Part shown: positions 51,834-64,000 of the stretch, piece after piece | Position numbering within the stretch: position 1 is the stretch's first letter | Layout of the letters: each line of letters begins with the position of its first letter | Notes under the pieces: generated by a model | Databases searched by the model: none | What the model was told of the DNA's origin: nothing | The model's input: only the letters and a program-made list of their open reading frames with translations | Assembly (NCBI GenBank): GCA_015680685.1 | Contig: MNCI01002209.1 | Coordinates: forward strand, 126,012 to 190,011 | Length of the DNA stretch: 64,000 nucleotides | From: Gnetum montanum | Lineage: Eukaryota > Plantae > Gnetophyta | Reading direction: 5' to 3' | Made by a program: the position numbers and the translations under genes

Positions 51834-52707
51834 ATGAAAGACAACATTTGGTTGAAAGGATTAAAAAGTTAGAAGATTGTATAAGTTTTATCAAGAACTA
51901 GGTCTTTTACCTTGGGGAAAAAATGTGTTCATATTGTAACATATTAATGAAAATGAAAAGAGATACTTCAAAGAAACAATGGTGTAGATTTGTATGTCCT
52001 TAATGTGATGCTAAAAAAAGTAATTCTCATGAAACCTAGTTAAGAAATACTCATAAAAAAATTAATTAGTATGTATGATTGGAGTAAGAAATGCTCAAAT
52101 AAATATGTACAAGTCCAAAATTAATTATCACAACATATGGTAGTTAATTAATTTAATTTTTGTAGAAATACGTATACAAATGTTTTGTTGAAAATTTCAT
52201 GGCAAATTAGAGGCCCAAAGAATATTGTAGAGATTAATGAATCAAAATTTGACAAACAAAAAATATAACAAAGTTAGACATGTAACAAATCATTGGGTAT
52301 TTGGTGGAATTGAATGAGATTCCAATAATATGTTTTTCGTAGTAGTTGAAAATAGATCCAAAGAAACATTGATAAATTGCATCTATGAGTGGATTAAACC
52401 TAGTAGTATTATATATAGTGACATGTGGAAATCCTATGACTTAGAATGACTTCATTAAATTTAGTTCGATCATAGAACGATGAATCATTTATTGCACTTG
52501 AAAAATCCAAATATAGGTGTTTACACCAATACTATTTAAAGCACATGGTGAACCATTAATGCTTAGATTCCATAGAATGGATCACAAAGAGAACTACATG
52601 ATTCTTACCTAATGTAGTGTATGTGGTGAAGAAAATTTGCACCCCAAAAAGAGGATGCTTTTCTGATGCTTGCTAAACAAATTGTTGAGTTTTACATGTC
52701 TCCTTGA
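51834..52707 (+). pseudogene. Merlin-superfamily (IS1016/IS1595/ISXO2-like) DDE transposase remnant
   Basis: Manual translation: CSYC..CP*C zinc finger; VVN*FNFCR..IRGPKNIVEINESKFDKQKYNKVRH..WVFGGIE..FFVVVENRSKETLINCIYEWIKPSSIIYSDMWKSY..HRTMNH..PNIGVYTNTI*STW. Confidence 0.85.
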
Positions 52708-54183
52708 TCAACATAATTATCTTACATTATTGTAATGCTTCACATAATTAGATAATAATGAGTTTTCAACAAATTTGTAAATTTTTGTCTATTAATTTAA
52801 TATTCTATAGGCCTTAAATGTATCTTATTATGTTTTGAACAACATGTAATACACTCTAGCTATTTTCATTGACAAATAAAAAAAACTTAGTTTATAAGAG
52901 AATTTTAAAAACTATTTATTAAATAAAAATGGTATATTGATAATAAAATATAAATTAAAATTTAAAATAATAATAAATAAATGAAAAATTGGAAGTTTCA
53001 AAACTAGAACTCAATGAGAGGTGGATTTTGAAATTTATAATAATTTTACTAGAAGTACACACCAAGATATATAACCAACTTTGCAAGTCTTTATAGATGT
53101 TACTTTACTTAAATAAATTTAGTGTATTTTCTTTAAAAAATTAGATTATATCTCTTGTAGTATACCTATATTTCAATTATTAACCCATTCCTATATTGTA
53201 ATAATAGTGATAAGTGGCTAAAGTGGTTAGAAAAAAAGTTGTTGATTCAAGTCATACTTAAGGTATTATTAAATTATTTTATAATTCTTTTAATATATCA
53301 TGTTGGTAATATGTCTTGTGATGTATCTATAATTGAATTACTTCTAATTTTGATGCCCTTATTCCTTATGTTGTAATATGTATAAGGATCATCACTTGGA
53401 GCCTTAATGGTCATCCCACTAAGTGAGGTCCTAGGATGATTACTAAAATTCACTAGAGCTCAAACTTAAAGGATTAAGAGAAGTTAAAATAGTCATCATT
53501 AGAAGAAAGTTTAATACAAAATTTTTGCTTAGTTTTGTTGGTGTAGAAACTCTATTAATAGATTAAGTGAAATAGTTTCCAGTTAAATCACTCTTTCATA
53601 TAATAACAACTTGTAAAAACATACAAATGATGATAATAATGAAATTAAAAAGCTTTAGTAAAAAAGTTGATATAAATATACATGGTACAATACTTTAAAG
53701 TGATAGTATCATTTTTATAACAAGTTGGTTATAAGTTCAAGTTTCAATTTAAATACATGTTTTAATTTTTAGTATTATTACTTAATTTTTAAAAAGTATT
53801 TTAATAGGGAATGTATAAAGACCACTGCTTGAAGTCATGTTAAGGTACTTGTTTATCAAGTCGTAAAACATGAGTTTGGGCCAAGGTGTAGCCACTTGAA
53901 AGAGTTTAAGTGTCCATTCATCTACCAACCCTCCAAAGACCTTTCTCTGGCAAGAAAAACATTAAGCTTTAGGGTAATGATTCTTTTTCTAGTGGGAATT
54001 ATATATTGCTAGAGATAGGTGGTTCACTTTGTTAACTCATGGTCTTGTTAGATAAGAGTTTGCTAGTTCGAATCATACTAAAGCCATTACTTTATTCATC
54101 TATAATTATTATAAAGTATCATGTTGACTACAGTTCTTAGGATATACTTATTGTCATTATTTGGGATTTATAACAGTAAGGTC

Positions 54184-54458
54184 TTAGCCTGGTAGTATGA
54201 GTCTTGGCCTAGTAACCCTAGGTTGTAGGTTTGATTTTACTAGGTAGTATTGAGTTATAAACTTCTATAAATTGTAGGGTGTACCTATGTTTCAATTATA
54301 TTAGGTTTAAATATTCCCTTTGGGGTTTATTACAATGTGGTATTAGCCTAGTGGTATAGGTTTTGGCCTAGTAATCTTAGGTCATAGGTTTGATTCTACT
54401 AGGTAGTATTGAGTTATAAACTTTTATAAATGTTGGGGTATACCTATGTTTCAATTAT
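54184..54458 (+). repeat. Two 159-bp-period direct repeats with tRNA-like (A-box/B-box) heads
   Basis: tagcctagtgg (A-box-like), ctagtaa loop, aggtc, ggtttgattc (B-box-like); copies start at 54184 and 54343. Confidence 0.55.
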
Positions 54459-54793
54459 TTCTGGTTCCAATGCCTCATTGTTTGGGGTATATAGAGAACT
54501 ATCAATGGCTAGAATGAAAAGAGCCCTTGTAACTAACTCATGTGTAAGGGCTACAAAATTCATAGTCATGAGAATACTTAAATAAGATTGAAAGGTAGCA
54601 ATGCTAAATATGAGACATATTCTCCTTCAACAATGAATTTATTATCAAGCATAACAAATATATTTATTTATATCATAATAATATTGAATCTAATTATACT
54701 CAAAAATTGTATAAATGTAAGATTATTATGATAATTCTCTCTCAAAACATGATTTGTTTCATCCATTTTAAACATTGATATTTTTTCAATAGT

Positions 54794-55633
54794 TGATGAA
54801 TCGTGGTTTGTTAGGTGTTGATATTGGACCCTTGTTAACCAGGTGTTGATATCGGGCACGCGATATCATGACTTGACAAGTGATATCAAATATGCGATAT
54901 CATGGTTCCCGTGTGAGCCTATAAATACACAATGGTACGCATGGGAAAGTAATAGGAAGTTAGTATTAGAGTAGGATCTTTTTGTTAGTTTTTTCTCTCA
55001 AGCCTTTCCCCAATGCATGCCCGTAGTGTGATGATTGTAATTGTACGGAACCTTTATCAAGTGTGACATACTTGGACACGCACATGACTGGCAATAAATA
55101 TCAAGATTACTTCATCATTGCAACATTCACTTAATTTTAATTGTTATTTATTGCTTTTGTAATTAATATTTCTCTACCCTCAACTCCTATCTTTGTTAGT
55201 AACGTAGAATGAGTACGACTTAATCATGAGCATTTAAGTGTGACTACTTGGTATCCCAGTAGCGTACCTAGGACATGTGCTTGGTAATCCCAGTGGTAGT
55301 ACATGAGGTCCAAGATGTCTATGGATGATTAAGGGATGGATGCTCATCACACTTAGGCTAACTTAGACTCTCTTCACCCTTTCCCTATTAGCTTAAACAA
55401 AGTTATTTCCATTGTCCCTAGGAGTAGCACTAGTTAGGACCACATCATACACCTCACTCTGGACTAAACTATATGTGACAAAGCAAATACTAGTCCAGGT
55501 AGGAAGACAACGATCTACGGTCAATGTGTAATAATTTAAATACCACAACTAGTCTATCTACGAATTTTGACCGGATCATGTGTGAACGCTCGTATTCATA
55601 TGCTTGAGTGTAGGGGTACCTCGCCACTCATCA
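54794..55633 (+). mobile_element. Athila-type solo LTR (840 bp)
   Basis: TGATGA...TCATCA termini, perfect TSD atagt (54789-54793 / 55634-55638), TATA cctataaatac near 54918, no PBS or PPT adjacent. Confidence 0.9.
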
Positions 55634-55857
55634 ATAGTGATCATGATGTCAAATTTTCCATTCTAAAAAACTCATTAATAAGTCATTTTATATACAAAAA
55701 TCATGTTTTGTATCTTGGTTTTAACTTGTTCTTATATTCATAGTGGATTTTATATAAAAAATTTATAAAACCTCATGCCAAAACTTTACAATATTGCATT
55801 ATTAATTGTATTAAAAAGTTAATGATACTTTTTGTGTGTAAAGTTTTAACATTGATG

Positions 55858-56027
55858 AGAGCGGTTACTCTAGCGGTTTATTCTAATTATTAGAGTAGTT
55901 ACTCTAGCAGTTTATTCTAATTATTAGAGTAGTTACTCTAGTAGTTTATTCTAATTATTAGAGCAGTTACTCTAGTAGTTTATTCTAATTATTAGAGTGG
56001 TTACTCTAATTATTAGAGTAGTTGCTC
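55858..56027 (+). repeat. 34-bp tandem repeat in the U3 region of the F LTR
   Basis: agagtagttactctagcagtttattctaattatt four times plus partials, immediately upstream of cctataaatac. Confidence 0.9.
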
Positions 56028-56742
56028 CCAAGCCTATAAATACAGTGTCCAAGCGCACAATTGAAAAATAAATTTTTTAGCAATTAAGTAGCAAAGCTCT
56101 TGTAGTCTATTTGAAAGTTAGAGTATTTTCCAAGTGCCCACAGTAGGAGGTCTAAGTGTGGATAGATCTTTATTTGAGCATTGTGTACCTGAGCATACCT
56201 TGTGTATGCTAATAAAGACAAGCTCTTTGATTCATCCTTGCAGCACTTGAGATTTNATGTTGCACTGGTTCAGGATGTGTACGACAAGTGGGAAGGGATG
56301 CTGGTGTTAGGATTAGTTAGAACTTAGTTAATGAGTAGTTAAGTTAAATTAGTCACTTAGTTATCTCTCTCTCCTCCCTTATTAGCCGTAGGACATAAAA
56401 ACATAAAAGCTATAAACATCATATGCCTCAAGCTTACTTAACCATACAATCATGACATATAAGTAAGTTTGGGAAGAAAATGATTTACCAACCCATCCTT
56501 GTTCCACAAAGGTGCATAGGAACTTAGTCCTTGGAATTCGACCTGATCGTGCGTGAAATGCTCATATTCTTATGGTTGAGCATAGGGGGTACCTCGACGG
56601 TCATCATTGGTGTTGTTGCCAGGGACTTAGTTGTTTGTGTGCTAACTAGAACATAGGAATTCATTCACATCGTTGGAATGAACCCTAAGGGTTGACTAAG
56701 AAAATAATAAATAAGAATGCATTGCACACTGAACAAACAAGT

Positions 56743-59700
56743 ATGTCTCCTTCTTTATACGAAAGTGCCTCACCGCCTAGGTCTGAAATAGGAAACAATC
56801 AGTGACGTAATACACATGACATTGATCTGCCAGTTCCTCAACAAGTTCGAGTGGTATATATTCATCCTGATGAGTATATACTAGACTTCACCTTTATCCT
56901 CCATTAAGATGAACAACTATGTTGGCAAGACTTAGAAGGTAACATAGTGTTACCTCCCGATCGTTCAGTCCAGAGCATGCTTCTTTGTGCTCTCACATGG
57001 ATTGGTATGTTGCACTTACACGTAGAATACATTGTGCAAGACCATGACTCAAGAGAATACCATTCCAAAGAGGTATAACGTCAAAGGAACTTGCAACAGG
57101 AGAGACATCATAAGTCTTTGAAGGATGATTGGTCCCAGGATGCCCCATATGTCTTAAGTGAAAATGAGGATGGTGAACCTACCTTAGGTAGTTAGCCACA
57201 CAACGATATTCCTCCCCTTGACTTTGGCCAAGGGGTTGTGTATCAGAACCTTCATTCCACTATTCATAACCCAAGTTCTGATACCCATGGGCATAAAGGC
57301 TTCAAAAAAGGGACACGAACTCATGATAAAGGTGGACATTCTAATTGCAATTGCGATAAGGGTCAAGACCATAGAAGAGAAGGTAGCAGACACCATCATG
57401 GTGATGATTCTTCTTCTTCTTCACCTTCATCATCTCCTTCATCCTCTCCTTCAATATTTGGATGTGATCATAAAGAAAAATACCATGGGGATAAAGTTAG
57501 GCAAAGTGGAAGTTATAGACGAAACAGCCAGGAAAGGGGATGAGGGCACTCTAGAGAGTCATGACATAGAAGAAGGGAGAGTAGGGAACAACATAGGCAT
57601 CATAGACGCCATGGATGAGATGATCATGATGAACCCCTACTCACTACTTGAAGTATGTTGGACATAAATGAGGCTGTTAGAATTCCAACAAGGCATCAGA
57701 AAGATAGTAGGATCAAGAGATTAGATATGAACAATATCCAATGATTTGAAGGGGGATACAATGCTGATCCTCAGAATCACTTACAAGCATTCTATGATGT
57801 GTGTGACTTACAAAATATAGAGAATGAATGGCAAAAACTTAAGTTGTTTCCATGGACACTAGTTAAAGAAGTAGAAAGCTGGTATGAGTCTTTAGAATCA
57901 AAATGCATTCGTAGGTGGAGTACTATGTTAGAACTATTTAATGAAAAGTACCAAATGTACTACCGAGTGTCTAACTTGTGAAAGCAAACCTAAGGCTGGA
58001 AAAAAGGAGAACATGAACCCTTGGATGCGGCCATGGGTTGATATTATGCACTGTTACATTGTTGTCCTAGCCATGGTTATTTGCAAAGGGATCAACTGCA
58101 TCATCTCGTGGATGGGCTTAGGCATGAAACGAGAAGAACACTTAGGACTTATGCCCAAGGAAGACTATCCAAGCTTAGGTCCCATCAAATTCAAAGACTA
58201 TTGGAGAAAGTTGCTAAGGAAGAAGGTGAGCTATGAAAGAGAGAAAGTGCAGAAGAGAATAATCAAGATCCTTCCCTTTGGAAGAGGCAAGTAAGATTTT
58301 CTGAGGATGAAGAAGAGTCACCACTTGAAGAGATGGCGAATAGGAAAACTTTGCCTATCCAAAAGATGACATCAGAAGTTTTGGAAAAGGTAGAACAAAT
58401 GTGGGATTCCCTAGACAATAGATTTCAAACTATTCTTAAAATAGTAGAGGAGTCTAGAGAGAAAGGTAGTGAGAAAAGAAAAAAGAAAGAGGCTAAACAT
58501 GCACGTAGCAAGGGTAAGGGAAAAGTTACCATCATTGAAGAGGTTGTGGATTAAAAAATAGAAAATGATAGTGGATGTGAGATATGTCAATATGACCATC
58601 CTAAGGGATGTTTCCCTATAATCTCACATCTACAGGAGTCTGGGGTGTATGCACTTAACCCATGATTAAACAAATGGCAAACACCTTGAAGGTTACCTTA
58701 TCCTCAAGGTAACCCAAGGTAGTTCCACCAACCCTTAACGTATTATCTAAGTGGAACTCCACCACAACCTATTAAGTAATATCAATAATGGCAACACCCA
58801 CAATCATGGGGAATGCCACCACCAAGGCAATAGCATCCTTATCGGAAACCTAACCTGTATAGATATTACGTGCAGTAGCCAATCTCCCCATGTGACTCTA
58901 CTGGTCACATCACTCCTCAACCTCACTACCAAGCCCATGAGTATTATGGGACTCCCTCTTTTAGAGGTGATATTTCACAAGCATATCATCCTTCTCATTC
59001 AACCACATCTCTTCCACCAATAGCTCCACTACCACCTACTCCCGCGATGCAAGGTGAAATCCCTACCCAGCCGCAGCAACGTAACGCCACAAGGGTTATG
59101 AACTCTCAACTTATTGTTGGTTCCAACAACCACATGAAGAAAAGACCTTTCTTTGGAACCAATAGTCCAACCAAGCCCTTGCAATCACAAGGGGTTGATT
59201 CCTTAGATGCCTCAGTATCAATCAAAACTTCAGAGCCCCTTTCAACCCAATCACCTCACTCAATGCATATGATCATGCTAACACATGCTGTCACTAATTG
59301 GATCAAAGCTAGCCACCTTCCCAGGAAATTCTTTGATCCTGTAAGTCCTCTGATATACTTACAAATTGTTGGAAATGTGTTGTGCAAGGCTCTTTTGGAT
59401 TCAGGTTCCGGTGTCAACTTGATTTCTCAAGAAATGTACAAGGCCTAGAACCTACCTCCATTGAAAAAGAGCAACATCCATCTAGAGTTGTCTGACTAGT
59501 CCATCACTATCCCATTGGAACTGGTGGAAGACATTGTTACCACTATTTGTGGGTGGTTGTACCTAGCTGACTTCCTAGTGATTCAAGTAAATAATAGTTA
59601 GGGGGACTTTCCAATCATAATGGAAAGAGCATGGCTAAGCACCATTGACGCATGCCTAGGAATCCATGATCTTTTCCTAGAAATATCAAAGGAAAATACA

Positions 59701-62700
59701 TTAAAAAGATTGAGAAGAAGAAAGTTCCATGCATCACATACAGTGACACAGGGTGTAATTGCATGCAGAGGTCATGGTTTGTGCAATGTTTACCATTACT
59801 TGCACACAATTAGTGTGCACAAGTGATTAACATACAAAGATGCTTGTATGTAGCAGCCACATGATAGGAAGACACCCAATGGCTAATAGCTAATCAAGAA
59901 AGTAGTTCACTCATATGCATGGAACCAACTGAGGGTTTGACTTATGCTTACATCGATAGCTTAGATACATTAGAGCAACTCCACCACCAACTTCCAAGTC
60001 TTAACCTTGAAAATATCAATTGGGGAAAGTTGGAAATCCCTAAGAAATTTTAGTAAGAGCCCCTTGAGCTGAAACCATTGCCCACCAGTATGGAATACAT
60101 GTTCCTTAAAAATGAAAAACTAGGAATTATCAATGCTAAGCTTGCCCCTCAATAGAAAGAAGAACTACTGAAGGTAATAAATAAATGGTCAGAAGCCTTC
60201 GCTTGGTCATATCTTGAATTAACTAGAATAGATCCTAGGATATGTCAACATAGAATTTACACTGACCCCTCCATGAAGCCTCGAAGACAATCACAGAGGC
60301 GATTGAACCCTAAGCTGAAGCAAGTAGTTAAGGAAGAAATCGAATAGCTTCTGAAGGCTTGGTTCATATACCCCATTACTGATAGAGAATGGGTTAGTCC
60401 CTTTGTTATTGTGCCTAAAAAGGGAGGTAAATGGAGTGTGTGCATAGATTTTAGGCTACTAAATATGGCAACATTCAAAGATCACTTTCCATTGCCATTT
60501 GTTGACCAAGTCTTAGACACCATCACAGGGCATCACTATTATAGTTTTCTGAATGGATATAGTGGATATAACCAAATACAAATAGCCCTAGAAGACCAAG
60601 CCAAGACTACGTTCACCAGTCCTTGGGGAACGTTCGCATACAAAAAGATGTTGTTTGGCTTGTGCAATGCCCTTGCAACATTTCAACGACTAGTTCTAAG
60701 CATATTTCAACAATAGATAGGGAATGGCGTGGAGGTCTTTATGGAGAACTTCTCCACTTATGGAGAAAACTTCGATCAAGCCTTGGATCAGTTGGAGCAA
60801 GTGTTAAAAAGTTGTGTAGAAACCAATTTAAGTCTTAATTGGTAGAAAAGACATTTGATGGTCCAATAAGGCGTAGCACTAGGGCACAAAATCTCACACA
60901 CAAGGATAGAGGTAGACCTCGAGAAAATCAAAATTATCCAAGGAATTACCCATCAACTAGAAACTGTCAAAGATATTTGGTCATTCCTTGGACATACTAG
61001 CTACTATAGGAGATTTATTGAGAAATTTTCAAAGGTTTCCAAGACATTGGTGAAATTAATGAAAAAGGATGTACCTTTCAAGTGGACCAGGGAATGCAAA
61101 TTAGCTTTCCAAACTCTGAAATAGAAGCTAGTAGAAACACCCATTCTACAAGCTCCTGACTAGTCCAAACCATTCCATATCATGATGGATGTGTCCAACT
61201 ATGATTTTGGATATGTGCTTACATAGTTAGATGGCCAGAAGCATCCTACTACATCCATTGTGCAAGTAGAAGTATCATTGGTGCACAACTTAAGTACACT
61301 ACCACAGAGAAAGAATTAATGGCTGCAGTGTTTGCACTAGAAAAGTTTAGACACTATGTATTGGGATATAAAGTATATATACATACAAATCATAGTGCAA
61401 TATGGCTCCTCATGAATAAGCCAATGGTAAGCCCTCATATCATACAATGGCTTGTAATCTTAAAAGAGTTCGATTTAATGATGATCAATTGCAAAGGCAC
61501 CAAGAATGTAGTTGTTGATCATTTATCTCAATTGTGATGGGACAAAAAAGAGGATGAGTATCCAATTTTTGATCATTTTCCTGATGAATTCCTCTTGCTG
61601 GTGTAGTGAGTAATCAATCACCCATGGAAAAAAATTGGTACAGTAGCATTCTTACCTACCTCCTCACCCAACAAACAAGAGTTAAACCTTAAGAAGAAAC
61701 AACGGTTTCTTCACCGAGTCAAGTACTTTATGGAGATAAATGGAAAACTTTACAAAGTGTGTCCTAATGGCTTGGTTCGATGGTGCGTTCTCAATATAGA
61801 TCAATTGCGAGTTCTTCAAGATGCTCATGAGGGTCCTTGTGGGGGTCATTATGCTAGGAGATGAATGACCATCAAGATCTTGCTTGCAGGATATTATTGA
61901 CCTACATTATTTCAAGATGCCCATTATTTCATCCAATGTTGTGAGTGCTATCAATGTGATGGGGGAATGACTACTAGAATGGAGGGCTTGCAACAATGGA
62001 TTCAACTATTAGAACCCTTTGACATTTGGGGAATTGATTTTATGGGGCCAATTACACCAATGTCCAATGGAAAATCTTATATTATTTTTGCTATTGATTA
62101 CCTAACTAAATGGGTAGAAGCAGTTGCTGTTAAGGATTGTACATCATCTACAACTACACAATTTTTTCAACAACAAATCATAAACAAGTTTGGTGTGCCT
62201 TGTGCACTTATTTCAAACAATGGTACCCACTTCATAGATGCAACGTTTTGAAAATTAATATAATGCTTAGGGTTTGAACATAAAATAATAACACCATACC
62301 ACCCCAAGTGAACGGTCAAGCAGAAGTCACCAATAGGGAGATTACAAAGATATTGACAAAAACCATAAGCAAGTTTAGGTGAGACTAGAGCACTAAATTG
62401 AACAATGCTTTTTGGGCATACTTCTCTACATGAAAACTCCATACAGGCTACTCTCCCTATGAGTTAGTTTACAGTAAATTACCAATGCTTCCCATTGAAA
62501 TTGAGCTTCGTACACTATCCACAACATGTGACCTCAACCTTGACCTTGATCTAGCACCGAAACAATGGTTAGTAACCCTTAACTTTCTAGATGAAAATCT
62601 ATTAGATGCCTTGTCATCTAATGAATTGCACAAGGCCTTCAATAAACAATGTCATGACCTAAGAATTAGGAAAGTTAAATATCAACTAAGAGATAAGGTT

Positions 62701-62870
62701 CTCTACTAGAATCCCACACATGTGCCATAACGTACGAAATTTCAAACATTGTGGGAAGGACCTTATATTATTTATGCAACTTTTCCTTTAGGGGCCATGA
62801 CAATATACAAACTTGAGAGCCTGGATAAGAAAATTTTGGTCAACGTGTAATAAACCAAACCTTTCTAGGA
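56743..62870 (+). pseudogene. gag-pol of Athila F
   Basis: gag KLKLFPWTLVKEVESWY; PR KALLDSGSGVNLI; RT WSVCIDFRLLN, SFLNGYSGYNQI; RH VFALEKFRHYVLG; INT FDIWGIDFMGP, WEGPY. Many stops. Confidence 0.9.
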
Positions 62871-64000
62871 GCATAGGATAGCTAGTACACATGCTACCTC
62901 TCTTAATGGATAACCTTGCTCACTATTTTGAATCTCCTCCTTCCAACTTAGTCATGGGGGAGATGGCTACCTATGCTAATCATTCTAGGCCCTTNNNNNN
63001 NNNNNNNNNNNNNNNNNNNNNNNNNNNNNNNNNNNNNNNNNNNNNNNNNNNNNNNNNNNNNNNNNNNNNNNNNNNNNNNNNNNNNNNNNNNNNNNNNNNN
63101 NNNNNNNNNNNNNNNNNNNNNNNAGTCCCCTTTTTCTAAGTAAACTTTTAATGAATTGGTGGCTGGGTACTTTTCAAACCAAGGAAAGATTCAAAGAATG
63201 AAAAGGGTATGACTTCAAGGGGATTTGATGCATTTGTGCTAGCCATTTTCTTGGGTGCTTGAATGCTTTTTCATGGGTTTTTTTGCCATTCTGACATTGT
63301 TCAAGAATCAGGAAGTTGAGTGAATAAAAATAAGTCTTTGCATGGTGTGGTTCTCACGAAAAAAAAAATAAAGAAAAAAAAATAAAAAAACAAAAAGAAA
63401 ACATAAAAAAAAAAGAGAGAAAAGAGAGAAAAAGGTGAGAATTCAAAGCACACCCCTTAGACATAATAAAGTAATATGGGCTGCAAGTACTGGTTATGGA
63501 ACTGAAAAGACATGTTACCCATGCGTGAAGGTTTCCTCTCACTAAGGCCCTTTCTTGCTTCCTGCTTCTCCATCTCGCTCTCCTAGAAATGTTGGTGACT
63601 CTTTGTGGAAGCACTGATTCATGTTTGTTTTGGACTTTTTGCTTTAATAATTTTGATTGGTGTGTTTCCTTTACCTTTTCTCTATATTTTTATATTGGAT
63701 TAGTGTATATGATCATGCAAATAGTTAAAAGACTGAGCTTGGACATATTGTTTTGTAGATTTCCCAAACTTTTATTGTTTTGGTTGTGGATTATTTATGA
63801 ATAAATATGCAATGTATGAAATGATGTGGATTTGTGAAATATTAGATGTGATGTTCATGAAACTAGCATGGTTGGAATATTATATTTTATGGTCATGTTG
63901 TTGCATGGGAGTTTCTTAGCTTGTAGTAATTAAATATTATTATTTATTATTTTATTAATTAGATTTAAATGCACATAACCTTTCTTCTAGGAGTCTAATT

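Larger units (their letters stand above)
55853..64000 (+). mobile_element. Element F: decayed Athila, runs off window end
   Basis: 5' LTR TGATGA...TCATCA 55853-56606, degenerate tRNA-Asp PBS tggtgttgttgccaggga 56608-56625, gag-pol colinear with Athila C. Confidence 0.9.

Noticed and set aside
51834-52707. Bacterial IS1595 contamination
   Set aside because: Multiple stops and frameshifts with the same decay pattern as neighbours, contiguous with plant LTR elements, eukaryotic Merlin-type motifs.
54184-54458. Functional tRNA genes
   Set aside because: Acceptor and T stems do not pair convincingly and B-boxes are mutated; kept only as tRNA-like relics.
57184-57667. His/Ser/Arg-rich ORFs resembling a host protein
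   Set aside because: Low-complexity N-terminal region of Athila F gag; an equivalent region exists in Athila C (~11500-11850).

Overview
This is vascular-plant heterochromatic DNA (species not identifiable) with no intact host gene. It is a four-level nest of decayed LTR retrotransposons whose junctions can be read from LTR termini and 5-bp target-site duplications (TSDs). The outermost element is a minus-strand CRM-like chromovirus (A, 3080-50983). A carries a solo LTR in its 3' LTR (3239-4999) and an Ale-like Copia (B, 9418-50171) in its 5' LTR. B contains an Athila (C, 10094-47222), and C contains a younger Tat/Ogre-like element (D, 16582-33724) and a pol-less SIRE (E, 39130-45902). To the right lie a decayed Merlin (IS1016/IS1595-like) transposase, tRNA-like repeats, an Athila-type solo LTR and a second Athila (F, 55853 to window end). 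The main discovery is inside D. The ~5.3-kb spacer between protease and RT holds an antisense, TATA-driven gene with at least 7 exons (26953 to 22876). Its spliced product fuses a catalytically degenerate FCP1/NIF-type HAD phosphatase domain to a plant-transposon-protein-like domain. GCGTATACGC palindromes are shared by D's LTRs and this gene's intron 1, and half-sites occur in its 5' leader. All domain assignments are by eye and need profile searches.
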